Shown: positions 20,182 to 38,652, numbered from the stretch's first letter. The stretch: 53,727 bases of DNA from an uncultured Methanosarcinales archaeon (GCA_964388715.1 CAYMBN010000009.1:1-53727); one strand, 5' to 3'. Translations and numbers: made by a program. Notes: generated by a model not told the origin, from the sequence alone.

Positions 20182-21036
20182 TTATCCTTTTAAATAAGCA
20201 GCTTCTTGCTTAATTTCCATAGTTACTTTGTGCATTGCTTTATGAGCAAATTGAAGTGTATTTTTATCATCTTTTCTAAATAACTTAGCATCACTTTTTG
20301 GGATAAGATTGCCTATTTCAAGTTGTCCTAAATGTTCATAATCTTCTTGAACTTCTACTAAAAGATATCTTAATAATTTAAGACTGTTCATCATTACTTC
20401 ATGTGCAATATCAACCTCATCTAGTAAATTTTTTAAGATTAATAATGCATTTTTTTTAGTCACTTCTTCATTTTCCAGTTTTTCTTCTTGCCTATCAAAG
20501 AAAAACAACTTTCTTCCTTTAAATGTCCAATTTCTAAAGTAACCAACAACACCTTCATTAAACCGATATTCCATTGACATTGCTCCTGCAACACCAATAT
20601 TACCATCAGCAACTTCCATGTCAGCTAATACAATTGCTCTTTCTCTTTTAAGATACCTTCTTTCTCTTGTTTTGAACTTTGCAATTTTTTTGCTAACTAC
20701 TTTACCTAATTCTGTTTTTTCAAGAAAATCCTTGTGTTTTTCTATCCATTGGTTTAAATGTTGAAATGAACTTTTTAAAACCAGTAATGTATAAAAACAA
20801 ACACTATAAGCTCCATGTACTGCATAAACACTTCTTTCTGCTTTATCTTTCTCTTTATTTTCAAATTCATCTAAAAGATGTTTTCTCGCAGCTTTGAAAG
20901 CCTTTTTTATATCCTTTTCAGCTGCTGGAACTTCCTTCATTTCTTCTTTAGTAGCTAATCTTAAATACCTTTTAGTAAGTATATTTTTTCCGTGACCAGC
21001 TAATCCAGATTCTTCAATATGTGGTATCTCTACCAT
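20182..21036 (-). CDS. Hypothetical helical protein
   Basis: ORF 20182..21045. The ATG at 21036 follows GAGGTG, and there is a TTTAAATA at ~21099-21106. Confidence 0.75.
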   Translation of the reverse strand: MVEIPHIEESGLAGHGKNILTKRYLRLATKEEMKEVPAAEKDIKKAFKAARKHLLDEFENKEKDKAERSVYAVHGAYSVCFYTLLVLKSSFQHLNQWIEKHKDFLEKTELGKVVSKKIAKFKTRERRYLKRERAIVLADMEVADGNIGVAGAMSMEYRFNEGVVGYFRNWTFKGRKLFFFDRQEEKLENEEVTKKNALLILKNLLDEVDIAHEVMMNSLKLLRYLLVEVQEDYEHLGQLEIGNLIPKSDAKLFRKDDKNTLQFAHKAMHKVTMEIKQEAAYLKG

Positions 21037-21147
21037 TTTATCCACCTCAAATATTTTTTAATAAGCACATATACTTATTATGTTTTTTATTTCCTCTTTA
21101 TTTAAACTTTTTGTCTAAATTATCATGAATTTATGATTAAACAGTAA

Positions 21148-22928
21148 TTATAAATCTTTTACAATTTCCTTAGCTTTTTCTTCAATCATTTTTTTATTTG
21201 GCAATGCCCTTAATTTCTTCAATATTCCTTTTTTTCTGTATATTGGTGTTTCAGTTAATACTTTTTCAGCTCCCTCAGGTTCTCCTCTTTTTAAAGCATC
21301 TATTATTTTGTTTTTAACTTCCTCAACAGTGTCTTCAATGTTTATTATTTCACTAAATTTAAGGTGAAATGTTTTTTCAGATTTTTTTACCAAAAATAAA
21401 ATACCAGCACTTTCAACTTGCTTAACCTTAAATTCAACACCTTCTCTTAACTCAACATTTTTATTACTTAGTAAATTTGATGTTTGATCATGATGTTCCT
21501 TATCATATTTTTTAATTATTCTTACCAATTGTCCTCTAGTAAAAAACCCCTTACCTTCCTTAATCCTTTCAACTTTATTTCCATTAACCTTTTTAAACAC
21601 ATTATTATACCATCCCTCTTTTTTGCTTAAAAACAATATTAACTTATGAAGTATTGCAAGATCATGCCTAATCTTAATATAAAATTTAACTTCATGTTTC
21701 TCAAATGATTCCTTTAACGATTTAGCATTGTCTATAAGATTTTTATTAACCTCTTTATCAAAACCTTCTCTCAACTTATTTAAAACATCTTTTTGATTAT
21801 TATGTGATCCACCTATCAATTCACTTTGTGAATTAATTAACTTCTTAAACTCTTCAAGATCACTTTCTAATGCAGCTAACCTTGTTTTTAATTCCTCAAC
21901 AACCACGTTGAATCCTTCTTTGAATTTTTCATTGGTTTCTTCAACCTTTTCAGGATCAACTTTTTTAAGGAAAACAACCAATCCTTTCTTATATTCCTCA
22001 AGTATTTCCTCTACTTCTTTATACATAGCAACGTAATTATGAACATTCTTAGATAAAACCTTAACAGCTTTCTCATCATAACCAATAACCTTTTTATCAA
22101 GCTTTAACAACTCCTCATTTATTTTTAATATATCCTCAACCAATTTATTTAACTCATTAATTAATTTTAAATTTTTAACTTTTATAAATTCTTTATTTCT
22201 CTGAACCTCTGTTTTCCTTATATATTCTATCTGTGACATGTTCATTCCTTTTTTAAGAAGTTGTTTAACCTCTTCTTCATTATCAGTATAACTCAAAACC
22301 TCTTTATGTTTTTCACCTTTTCCAGTAATTGCAGCTTCTATTAAATCACCTGGGAAATTTTTTCTTATTTTTTCCTCAATTTCATCCTTAAATTCCTTAT
22401 TTTCTTCTTTAGCCATTGCCTTTTTCCTTTTTCCATTAAACCCTAAACATAATTTTAAATGTTCTTCAACCAATCTTTTCTTTTCCTTTTCTAATTCACC
22501 AATCTTACTAACCTTCTTCTCCATCTTTTTAACTTGATGCTCAGAAACCTTTTTCTCCATCTTCCTTCTTCCAAAAACAAATGCAAGAGCTACTAAAGCA
22601 ACTGCACTACCTTTCAAAAAAATTGGTTTACCAGCAGTCTTCTTAACACTTTCCCATACACTTTCTACTTCACCTGGTTCCATCTTTAATTCAATCAATT
22701 CAACAAGATCATTATACTTATCTTCACCAATATATTCCTTAACTTCTTGCACCGTAATATAATTTTTAATCTCATCCAATAAATCCTGATTTTCAGTTTT
22801 TTTTGCTCCTGCAATAGACTTTTCAAGAGCATCCAAAAACCTTTCTTTAACAATATTTTCTTCAGCTACAACAAAGATATTCATAACTAATAAAACCATT
22901 ACAAACATCCACATAAATCTCTTAAATT

Positions 22929-22932
<4 letters not shown>
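21148..22932 (-). CDS. Signal peptide, short ectodomain, single TM and long cytoplasmic coiled coil
   Basis: N-terminal MKFKRFMWMFVMVLLVMNIFVVA; TM GSAVALVALAFVF followed by GRRK; ATGA overlap with the upstream gene. Confidence 0.8.
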
Positions 22933-29811
<6,879 letters not shown>

Positions 29812-29819
29812 TTTTCACA

Positions 29820-32021
29820 TTATATTGTTGCACTTCCAGCACTATGTATACGTAAAGCACTTGCTCTAATCTCATCTGCTAAATCTTTCCAATTAAATTC
29901 TTCAGATGGAGCAATTACAGTTCTTTTATCATCCGACATAGCTGTTACCTGTATTTTTTGAGGACTAACACCACATATCCTGTAATAATAAACAAGATAC
30001 AGTGATGAATTATAATATTTTATGAATATTGGTTTTCCAGTTGAAATCAGTTGAGATGAAAAAGTTGTCAAATTAATTCCTCCTACTTTGACATTAACAT
30101 GCTTAAAAAAGTCCTCTAAATCTTCAGCAGAGATTTCCCCATCAGCTAATTTTTGAGTTAAAGCTTCTTCTGCTTCATCAATAAACTGCCAAGTTGCCCA
30201 ATTAACTTCATCATCCTCTAATCCATTAAATCTGTCTTTATTTGTCCCTTTTAATATATGATCTGCTACTTTAACTCTTCTATCACGACAATGAAGCAAT
30301 TTTCCAATGACATTCTTTTCTTTAGCTAAAAACTTTTTTAGTTTTTCTATTCCAGCATGAAAATTCTTTCTCCAAGCATCATCCTTTTTATCAACATGCT
30401 CTAAAAACTTAACTGGTTTTTTCAAAAACATCAAAATCTCTTCAGCTTTAGGAGCAAAATGATCTCTAAGAATTTTATTCTCTTTTTGTATATAACTTTT
30501 TAACTCTACTAATAATTCATATATCTTTTTAGTAAGATTAATACAATATAATATTCTTTCATGTTCCTCTTCCTCTAACTTCTCATTCCTTATAATCTTC
30601 TGTTTAATTTCTTCTATCTTTTCCCTATTCCTAGCCAACAACAGGTATTTGCTTGTATTCTCTTCATAAAACTTTAATGCTTTTTGTAACCAAACCTGTA
30701 CTTTGGTATTTTCCTCATCAAAATCCTCTAACTTTTCAACATGATCTCCTTCAAAAGTAATCAGTTCAACATCAAATTCACCTAAATCTTTATTACACTT
30801 AAACAACTTAGCAATATTATCAAGCAATTCCTCAGTACGTTTACGTATTTTCTTATCTCCTTTATACTTCTTTTGATCCCAGAAATCTTCATTTACATTC
30901 CCTAAATCTTCTAAAATTTCATTTATTTTTTTTAATGCATTCCATTTCTTCATCAAAGCATGATATATCTGCTTAAACTTCTTATCACTTAACTTATGAT
31001 CCTCAGCAATAGCACTAACCAACTTCTTAGTATTTTCTAAAAGTTGTTCTCTTTCAGACTTTCCTCCTGGAAACCATCCTTTTACTTTCTTTCCAAGCCT
31101 TGTTTGTCCTAACTTTTTATGCCATTTCTTTTTAAATCCAAGTCCTCCACTTAATGCGACAGCAATTGCAATAGCCCACGCCATATTATTAGAGGCGATA
31201 TTCTTAGCTCTTTCACCAAACGTAACATGCTCCTCTTGAATCTTTTCAAACTCTTCAGCATCAATCTGAGCATACTTCTTAGCAACACTATCAATCTTAC
31301 TTTGAGCATCTTCATATTCAATATCCTTTTCAGAACTAACCTCTCTTATTTCCTGCATAAGAGGTTTCACTTGTTGTTCCATAATGTTAACTCTCTCTCT
31401 TACATCAGGATCTTCAGTACCAACATAACTTAAATCTTCAATCACATCATTAATATCTGCAATAGTTGGATTTCTACCTAATAAACTTGAAAAAGTATTC
31501 CTATGAAGTGCATGAGTTGGAGGAACATGACTCAAAAATTTATCATCATCATCTTCTTTTCCATCATCTATCAAATACAATTCTCTACCAATTAATTTAT
31601 ACTTATCTCCATCATATGTAAAAGTAAATGTTTTATCTTTCCCAGTATAATCCTTACACTCTTTTTCTTCTTCTATTTTATTTTCGATTTCTTCCTTTGT
31701 TAATACTTTTGGATGTTTTAAACAGAACACTCCACCATCTATTTCTAAATATCCATTATCACCATCATAACTCATCAACCCACTCACTTTAAGACTAACA
31801 GGCCTTACTCCAATACCATAACTTTCCTCCAACACCTCATCAACTTGCTTAATCATCTCATCAATCTTCTTATTCCTCTCTTCCAAAACCCTCTCTCTTA
31901 ATTCTTGTAAAGTATCATCAGCATCAGTAACACTAAACTCTTCTTCATCAGCAGCAATAATCATAGTGCTAACTAACAAAATCATTACTATCCATAATCC
32001 AATCCATTTATTCTTTACCAT
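29820..32021 (-). CDS. Signal peptide, ectodomain with the two-Cys repeat, single TM and cytoplasmic coiled coil
   Basis: Signal MVKNKWIGLWIVMILLVSTMIIA; FCLK...CKDYTGKDKTFTFTYDGDKYKL; TM MAWAIAIAVALSGGLGF followed by KKKW. Confidence 0.8.
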   Translation of the reverse strand: MVKNKWIGLWIVMILLVSTMIIAADEEEFSVTDADDTLQELRERVLEERNKKIDEMIKQVDEVLEESYGIGVRPVSLKVSGLMSYDGDNGYLEIDGGVFCLKHPKVLTKEEIENKIEEEKECKDYTGKDKTFTFTYDGDKYKLIGRELYLIDDGKEDDDDKFLSHVPPTHALHRNTFSSLLGRNPTIADINDVIEDLSYVGTEDPDVRERVNIMEQQVKPLMQEIREVSSEKDIEYEDAQSKIDSVAKKYAQIDAEEFEKIQEEHVTFGERAKNIASNNMAWAIAIAVALSGGLGFKKKWHKKLGQTRLGKKVKGWFPGGKSEREQLLENTKKLVSAIAEDHKLSDKKFKQIYHALMKKWNALKKINEILEDLGNVNEDFWDQKKYKGDKKIRKRTEELLDNIAKLFKCNKDLGEFDVELITFEGDHVEKLEDFDEENTKVQVWLQKALKFYEENTSKYLLLARNREKIEEIKQKIIRNEKLEEEEHERILYCINLTKKIYELLVELKSYIQKENKILRDHFAPKAEEILMFLKKPVKFLEHVDKKDDAWRKNFHAGIEKLKKFLAKEKNVIGKLLHCRDRRVKVADHILKGTNKDRFNGLEDDEVNWATWQFIDEAEEALTQKLADGEISAEDLEDFFKHVNVKVGGINLTTFSSQLISTGKPIFIKYYNSSLYLVYYYRICGVSPQKIQVTAMSDDKRTVIAPSEEFNWKDLADEIRASALRIHSAGSATI

Positions 32022-32791
32022 TCATCCCTCAATTTTTGCTTTTCATCAATATCTTTCAAAAGTTGATTCAATTCATACGCACTCATTGTACTTAATGCAG
32101 TATTATTCTTCTCCAAGACATAACCAATGTAAGCTCTGCTAGCATCACGTTCCTTAGCCAAATCCTTTATCTTCTCATTAATGTCCTTCATCTTCTTCAC
32201 TTTCTTCTTATATGAGTTTGATTGAGGATCAAGCCCTTTCATATCATTACGAACTTCATTCATCTCTTTTTGCCAACAAACAATCTTTTCATCATATGTT
32301 CCAGTGCGACACTTTAACATACTAAACATTCCACCACCACCTAATGCTACATTATATATAATGAAAGTAACAACTAGAGCAATAATAAACGCCCATATCT
32401 TTTGATTCTGCATACCTGTATTTATCAAAACAAGATACACAACACCTAATATCAAGAAAAACATCAAATTCTTAACAAACGGTATAAAGAACTGTGCAGT
32501 TAACCCAGCTTTCACACCAGCAAATGCAAGTATCGCACCAAACGCAAACGCAAGTGCTTTTGCAGCAGGCGCATGTTCAAAAAACTTACCTATTCCAAGA
32601 TAAACCAAACTAAAGAAAATAATAAAGAACACAAAAAAGTCAACCAATTGAGTATTTCTATCATAAAATCCTTCAACATCACCAAACTTATCAACAACAG
32701 AATTCCATCCAGCCTTAAGTTTACTCTCAGCACTTATACTACCAACTAACAAAACCAGTACAAGTATCCAGATTATTAGTTTTTTATTCAT
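32015..32791 (-). CDS. Signal peptide and 4-TM membrane protein with short coiled coil; paralogous to the N-terminus of the giant SLT/M23 protein
   Basis: LVDFFVFFIIFFSLVYLGIGKFF..AAKALA..G..FFIPFVKNL matches WLDFALFTIIFISICFLGLSKVF..AARVLA..G..LFFPFVKNM. Confidence 0.82.
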   Translation of the reverse strand: MNKKLIIWILVLVLLVGSISAESKLKAGWNSVVDKFGDVEGFYDRNTQLVDFFVFFIIFFSLVYLGIGKFFEHAPAAKALAFAFGAILAFAGVKAGLTAQFFIPFVKNLMFFLILGVVYLVLINTGMQNQKIWAFIIALVVTFIIYNVALGGGGMFSMLKCRTGTYDEKIVCWQKEMNEVRNDMKGLDPQSNSYKKKVKKMKDINEKIKDLAKERDASRAYIGYVLEKNNTALSTMSAYELNQLLKDIDEKQKLRDEW

Positions 32792-34479
32792 TCAACAACC
32801 TTTTTCATTTCTGTTTGAATATGAGATTTTAATTCAGTTAATGGAATTTCTTTTTTCCTACAAACTTCTGCTTCCTCTTCAATAACTTTTATTTCAAGAT
32901 CAATAGCTTTTTGACCAAGATTAATTAATTTTGAAAATCTTCTTTTATCTTTACGAAGATCTGGAACAATCCCTGCTCTTTCACCTGTTTTATTTTTCCA
33001 TTCTACAATTGCTTTTACTCGTTCTAACTCTTTTTCTATTCTTTCCACAACCTTTGGAGGTATAATCTTATCTTCTCCTTGTTGTGTTGCAACATCTTTC
33101 TTAGCAAGATCAAAAGTACCAAGTGCAGCACTGTTTGCTTTATTAAACTGTGGAGAAAGTTCTCTTAACACTGCCAATTTTCTACCCTCTTCTCGTGTTA
33201 AATCACTAAATTCTTTCATAAAAACATTCATTGAATCAAATTGTTTATCACTCATTTTTGGGAATATTTCTTTACTAATCCTTTTATACTCTTTTGTCCA
33301 ATGATCATAACGTTTTTCAAGAACCTTGTCAGCTTTCTTAAATCTATTTTTTCTTATCTTATCAAGCTGTTTAAGCCTCTTATCAATAACTGTGATTAAC
33401 TCTCTGCTTGCGCTTACTTCTTCTTCAACTAATTCTTTAACTCTATCAGAAACATCTTTTTCAAACTCTTGCTTAAACTCTCCAACAACTTTTTCTTTAT
33501 ACTCTCCTTCTTCTAATTTCTTTAATTCTAATGTTAATTTCTCAGCCCATTCTTTAGGATCATATTTCTCTTTTTCTTTTTTACTTTCTTCTTCTAAGAA
33601 TTTGGCAAGATCTTCATTCTCTTTCCTTACTTTCTTAATATACATTGGCAAGTTCTTTTTGAATTCTCTGAACTTGTCCCAATTAATTTCTTTACCACCA
33701 ACAACAACTTCTTCTAATATAAATCGAACAAACTTGATAACCATGTGGTAAGATAATAATTTATGTACAGAGCCTTCTTTACCTAGCTTTCTAGCTAATT
33801 CTTTATCATCATAAACATGAATTAATCTGTGTAAGAATCCTTTTGTTTCATCAGTTAATGTTTTAAAATCAGGAATTCCAACTATATGTCCTGCTTGTTC
33901 TCTTAAAAATTCTCTTTCAGATATTTTTAATCTTTCTTTGATATTTTTCAATTTTTTAACATACCATCTATGCCAGGCAGCTGTTTTTCTGTCCTTCTCT
34001 TTTAACTCATTAATTCTTACAAGTACTTCTTCCATTAATTCATCAATATTCTTAATTAAATGTGATTTCTGAGCTTGCTCAAGTTTTCTTTTCTCTTCTC
34101 TCAGATACTCTTTTTCAAACTCTTCATCATGGTATATTCCAATTAATTTCTTAAGTTCAAGTGCAGTTCCCTCATCTTGAAGTTTTTCAAAATCAGCTAT
34201 AGTTGATTCTATGTGTCTAAAGAACCAATCAAGGTTTTTATGAACAGTAAATCTTTGATCTTTCAATTTTTTTAATATATCTTTAATTCTCTTAGCTAAT
34301 TTTTCATTCATAAATTCTTTATACAAGTTTCTTCTTGCAATTATTTCTGCTAATTTTCTTTGTATTTCTAACAATTTTTCTGATAACTGTTCTACTTCTC
34401 TCTCTTTTTCAGCTTCACTCTTCTGTTTAGCTAATTCTCTTTCCTCTTGCCTCCTTTTTTTAGTAAAGTTATCTACCAT
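32788..34479 (-). CDS. Soluble K/E-rich coiled-coil protein
   Basis: 563 aa, no hydrophobic segment; GGAGG RBS; ATGA overlap with the downstream gene. Confidence 0.8.
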   Translation of the reverse strand: MVDNFTKKRRQEERELAKQKSEAEKEREVEQLSEKLLEIQRKLAEIIARRNLYKEFMNEKLAKRIKDILKKLKDQRFTVHKNLDWFFRHIESTIADFEKLQDEGTALELKKLIGIYHDEEFEKEYLREEKRKLEQAQKSHLIKNIDELMEEVLVRINELKEKDRKTAAWHRWYVKKLKNIKERLKISEREFLREQAGHIVGIPDFKTLTDETKGFLHRLIHVYDDKELARKLGKEGSVHKLLSYHMVIKFVRFILEEVVVGGKEINWDKFREFKKNLPMYIKKVRKENEDLAKFLEEESKKEKEKYDPKEWAEKLTLELKKLEEGEYKEKVVGEFKQEFEKDVSDRVKELVEEEVSASRELITVIDKRLKQLDKIRKNRFKKADKVLEKRYDHWTKEYKRISKEIFPKMSDKQFDSMNVFMKEFSDLTREEGRKLAVLRELSPQFNKANSAALGTFDLAKKDVATQQGEDKIIPPKVVERIEKELERVKAIVEWKNKTGERAGIVPDLRKDKRRFSKLINLGQKAIDLEIKVIEEEAEVCRKKEIPLTELKSHIQTEMKKVVE

Positions 34480-34480
34480 T

Positions 34481-37087
34481 CTATTCCTCCGTTGAAGTAG
34501 GTGTAGGCGCAGGTTTATCCTTATCCACCTTTGATCCTACTTTCTTAGCTAATCCTAATTGTTTAATTACTTCATCACCTTCTTGCATATCATCATACTC
34601 CATACCAATTCTATCTTTTAGGAAATTTTGTATACCCCACATTGACTTATATGGGAAATATGATTTTGCTACTCCAATACCTGCTTTTTCAACCGCATCA
34701 AGTTGTTCTCTTGTAACCTTTACAACATTAATAGTCCTTTCTTGTGTTATAGGAACCAATATTCCTTCACTATTCTTTTCCATTATTACAAATTCTTCAG
34801 TAATTCTTTCTGTAGTTGAGTCACTCCTCAATACCTTCATTCTGTTTTGGAATGGATCATATACAATTCTCTTTAGTACAGGTATATAACCAGGATCATG
34901 TCTTTCAGCTATGTATCTTTTATCCCAAGCAGGGTCAGCATCACTTGGCTTAATATGTGCTTTTGCTTGTTTTGCTTTTTCCTCTTTTAATATTTCAAAT
35001 CCTACTACATGTGTTCCTCTCCACTCATCGTCTTCAACATCAGCTGGTTTGTTTTCTCCAACTTGATCATCTCCAAGATAACCAAAGTGTGCATTACCAA
35101 ATTTCCAATTTTGTTGGAAACTATATTTGAAATCTTTTACATCTTGTAATATTTTTAATGGGTTAACTTGGAAACGTCTTTCACCAACTTTTATTCCATT
35201 TAAGAATAAAGCATCTAATCTGTCTCTCATTCCACCAGCATACATATTAGTTGCTTTTAGCACTCTTTCTCTTAACTCTGACCATTTTTTCTCAACAGCT
35301 GCTATATCTTTTAATGATTTTTTCATTTCTTCCATCTTTGCTCTTGCTTTTTCTTCTTGTCGTTCAAATTTATCCATTTGATTTTTATAATAGATTTCAG
35401 CTGTTTGATATGCGTCATTATCAATCACATTATTGTTAAAGTCAGTTTCTGCTGTTTGTCTTGTTGTTTCTTCTTGATTTCTCTGTTCTGCAATCCTTGA
35501 AAGATCATTCATTGCAGAATCAATCTGTTGATTAATTCTTTCAGCATCTTTTACTCTTTTATCTCTATCTTCTATTCTATCACCAACATACATTTTACCT
35601 TGATTAAGGCCTTTTCCACCAGCAACTATGATCAATTCTTGTAATTCATCCATCATTGTTGAAACTTCTGAATATCCTGTGATAGAATCTTGGAACTCAG
35701 TATACCATCTATCTAAGAACATTGCAACTTTTTCACGATATAATCTAATCTCATCAATCAATGCTTCAATTGCAGTTGGTAATCTATTCTTAATCTGAGT
35801 TTTTCTTGCACCAAGTAATCTTCTAGCCCAACCTTTCTCAGCTAATTTATTTACTACTGCTCTCCAAGCATCTCCTTTTAATTCTTCCTTCTTCTTACTC
35901 CACCATGAATCTTCTTTTGCTTTTCCACCAAGCATCCATCCAAAGACATAACCATACAAGAAGTTGGTTATGAATTGTCCATCATGAGTAACTCTCCAGA
36001 AATGCATATCTACTAATGTTGTGTTTGCCAATGTGTTAACAATACCAAATGCAAATGCAGCAGCCATTGCAGCATTATCTCCATCTTTGTTAAATGATCT
36101 GTACAATAACGTGATCGCAATAAAGTATGTTATTCCAAAGAATACATCTAAGCTCATTCCACCACGAGCAGCTAATCCTCCTAATGTAATTGACAACATC
36201 CATCTTGCTGTAGCACCTTTTTCATCTCCAAAGCATTCAAACTGTTTGAAAACCCATAAGTAAACAAGTGATGCACCTAAGAATACCATTAAGTGAGGGA
36301 ATCTTAATAATGGACAATTAGTTGGTTTTGCTCCTGTTGGACTACCTTCACTACTTGTAGGCATATCAACTCCTTGATTAGGATTGATTTCATCTGTATA
36401 TAACATTCCTTCTTCATCAATATAATCTCTACAATATTCTTTTGTGTGTTTTACCTTTTCATCTTCTGTTACTTGTAACCATGAACCCAATTCACTTCCA
36501 GTCTCAACATAATATTCTCCTTCCCATTCTTTTAGTCCAATAGTTAATCCTTTAACTCTATCAAACCATTTCATCTCCCAAAGATAAACATCCTTACTTG
36601 TTCCATCATATTCATCATCTAATTGTATTGAAGCAAACAATGATGCAGTTACGATTAAAATTACAAGGAATATCTGTGCAACATTATTATCAAATCTAGA
36701 TTTAATACCTGGAATAGCAAACGCAGCAACTGCTAACAATACTGCAATTATCAATGCATTCACAAGTACATCTTTCTGGAACAATGTCTTTAATCCTTTA
36801 TACTGCCACAATTGTACATTACCAATCTTATATGCAACAAGAACAGATGCTACAACAATGATTGCATACAGGATATACTGCTTTGCACCTTTATCATCCT
36901 TATTAAATGGCAAGAAGAAATACACAACAAATCCTGTTGCCATTAATATAAATGCATTTATTACCATCTTAGTTGATATCCTTCCAGTGATATCTCCAAG
37001 ACTAGCAGCACTTACTCCGCTAATTAACAGCAGAGCTATGAATAATACAATCCATGCAAGATTCTTGAATTTACCTTGCACTTTCAT
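34481..37087 (-). CDS. Polytopic membrane protein (~9-10 TM) with C-terminal coiled coil
   Basis: Many hydrophobic helices in aa 1-385, with a duplicated hairpin (VINAFIL...VASVLVA / LVNALII...TASLFAS), then heptad repeats. Confidence 0.82.
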   Translation of the reverse strand: MKVQGKFKNLAWIVLFIALLLISGVSAASLGDITGRISTKMVINAFILMATGFVVYFFLPFNKDDKGAKQYILYAIIVVASVLVAYKIGNVQLWQYKGLKTLFQKDVLVNALIIAVLLAVAAFAIPGIKSRFDNNVAQIFLVILIVTASLFASIQLDDEYDGTSKDVYLWEMKWFDRVKGLTIGLKEWEGEYYVETGSELGSWLQVTEDEKVKHTKEYCRDYIDEEGMLYTDEINPNQGVDMPTSSEGSPTGAKPTNCPLLRFPHLMVFLGASLVYLWVFKQFECFGDEKGATARWMLSITLGGLAARGGMSLDVFFGITYFIAITLLYRSFNKDGDNAAMAAAFAFGIVNTLANTTLVDMHFWRVTHDGQFITNFLYGYVFGWMLGGKAKEDSWWSKKKEELKGDAWRAVVNKLAEKGWARRLLGARKTQIKNRLPTAIEALIDEIRLYREKVAMFLDRWYTEFQDSITGYSEVSTMMDELQELIIVAGGKGLNQGKMYVGDRIEDRDKRVKDAERINQQIDSAMNDLSRIAEQRNQEETTRQTAETDFNNNVIDNDAYQTAEIYYKNQMDKFERQEEKARAKMEEMKKSLKDIAAVEKKWSELRERVLKATNMYAGGMRDRLDALFLNGIKVGERRFQVNPLKILQDVKDFKYSFQQNWKFGNAHFGYLGDDQVGENKPADVEDDEWRGTHVVGFEILKEEKAKQAKAHIKPSDADPAWDKRYIAERHDPGYIPVLKRIVYDPFQNRMKVLRSDSTTERITEEFVIMEKNSEGILVPITQERTINVVKVTREQLDAVEKAGIGVAKSYFPYKSMWGIQNFLKDRIGMEYDDMQEGDEVIKQLGLAKKVGSKVDKDKPAPTPTSTEE

Positions 37088-38229
37088 AGCTCTTCCTCCA
37101 ATTTTTTCATTTCCTCTTTACTTACCTCTAGTCCGAACTCAATTCCATTCCAGACTTTTTCTATAAAATACCGAAGAGTTTGGTCAGTGATGCTAAACAA
37201 ACTATCTTCTTTAGAAATTAAATCAACATCAATTAATCTAGTCAACAAATTTTTAGTAACAGGAGCACTCCTGTAAATCATTCGAGAAACTTCAGACAAT
37301 CTTAAACCTTGTTCTGAAGCCAAAACCTTTAATATACTTTTTAATAATCCACGACCTCTTGCCCTGGACAATGAATTAACAAGAATAGACTCACAAGCAT
37401 TATGTATTATACCAGTTTTAACTAATGTCTGAGAAATAAAAGCTTTTTTAACATTTTTATATTTTGCATAACCAAGTGCAAGTGCATAAGCATAAATAGG
37501 AATACCTTGTGATAATCTAAATATTGCATCAACCTCTTTATCCCCAACTTTAACAATCTTTTCAACAAGCTCCTTTACCTTCTGTCGATCCAATCCCTCA
37601 ACAAGATGTTGTTCAAACCCAGAACAAATCTTTTTCATTAACTCAACAGCAGAACCAGAAACAACAAACATTGTATTTTCAAATTTCAGCTCATTAAAAA
37701 AAGAAAAAAAATCCTTAATCTGTGAGAAATTCTCAAAGTCAAGGACGTGCCAAAATTCGTCTAAAAACAACACAACTTTTTTACCAAGTTGTTCAGAAAA
37801 ATTAAATCCTAACTCTAATAACAATTTATGATCTGGTTTTATTTTCTGTAGCTCGTTATAAACAAGTTCAATTGTTTTCTGTGCTTTCTTAGGTAACTCA
37901 CTCCTAATTTCCATTAAATCTTCTATCCTTGTTCCAACCGGCTTCTTAAAAAAATAAGAACATAGGCTACTGATAAAGGCAACAGAAAAATCTTCTGGCG
38001 TGATGCTTGCCTTTTCAAAATCAAAATAAGCAGCCACAACATCTTGCTGCTCAAGAACTCGCATATAATTTTTTATAATTGTTGTTTTGCCTATGTATCT
38101 CTTTCCAATTAACGCTATGTTAGACTTTTTACCATGCTTAAAATCCTCTACTCTTTTCCGAAGTAATTCTACAAAGAAATCTCGTCCTGTAAATAGTCCT
38201 AATTCTTCCTTACTTAATTCAGGGTTCAT
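37084..38229 (-). CDS. Archaeal AAA/ATPase_2-family P-loop ATPase with C-terminal winged helix
   Basis: FTGR motif, Walker A GKRYIGKT, Walker B VVLFLDEF, VVSGSA, SQGIPIY, C-terminal LSEVSR...L.RL...DLI.K wHTH. Confidence 0.88.
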   Translation of the reverse strand: MNPELSKEELGLFTGRDFFVELLRKRVEDFKHGKKSNIALIGKRYIGKTTIIKNYMRVLEQQDVVAAYFDFEKASITPEDFSVAFISSLCSYFFKKPVGTRIEDLMEIRSELPKKAQKTIELVYNELQKIKPDHKLLLELGFNFSEQLGKKVVLFLDEFWHVLDFENFSQIKDFFSFFNELKFENTMFVVSGSAVELMKKICSGFEQHLVEGLDRQKVKELVEKIVKVGDKEVDAIFRLSQGIPIYAYALALGYAKYKNVKKAFISQTLVKTGIIHNACESILVNSLSRARGRGLLKSILKVLASEQGLRLSEVSRMIYRSAPVTKNLLTRLIDVDLISKEDSLFSITDQTLRYFIEKVWNGIEFGLEVSKEEMKKLEEEL

Positions 38230-38652
38230 AGCATCACTTGACCAATTGGTATATATACCTTATTGTCTAAATAATATATAAAGTTTTCGGTGTAAGAGAC
38301 TGTGCTCCTTGGGGGGTAATTTCAGAATGGAGCATTACCAAAGCACAGCCTCAGTACACGTAACAGTGTGATTTATTTGACCGTCTGGTATAAATACTGT
38401 ATAGTATAACTTATATTTAAACCTTTTGTTGTCACCCAAAACTCTTAAAACCATTTTTTCACTCAAATAAAGCAATATCACTATACCTTTTTGTATATTA
38501 TAAAAACAATATTTATACCATATGGTATAATTAATATAAAAACTTTTTGTTTTTGCAAAACAAAAACAGAAAGGTTTAGAATTTTTCTTCAAGAAAATCC
38601 AATTTTCAAAACAAAACTATTTTAAATACAAACATTTCACTATTCACTATAC

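Noticed and set aside
38335..38592. 85 aa minus-strand ORF in the intergenic region
   Set aside because: Low-complexity AT-rich translation overlapping TATA boxes and hairpins, with no RBS.
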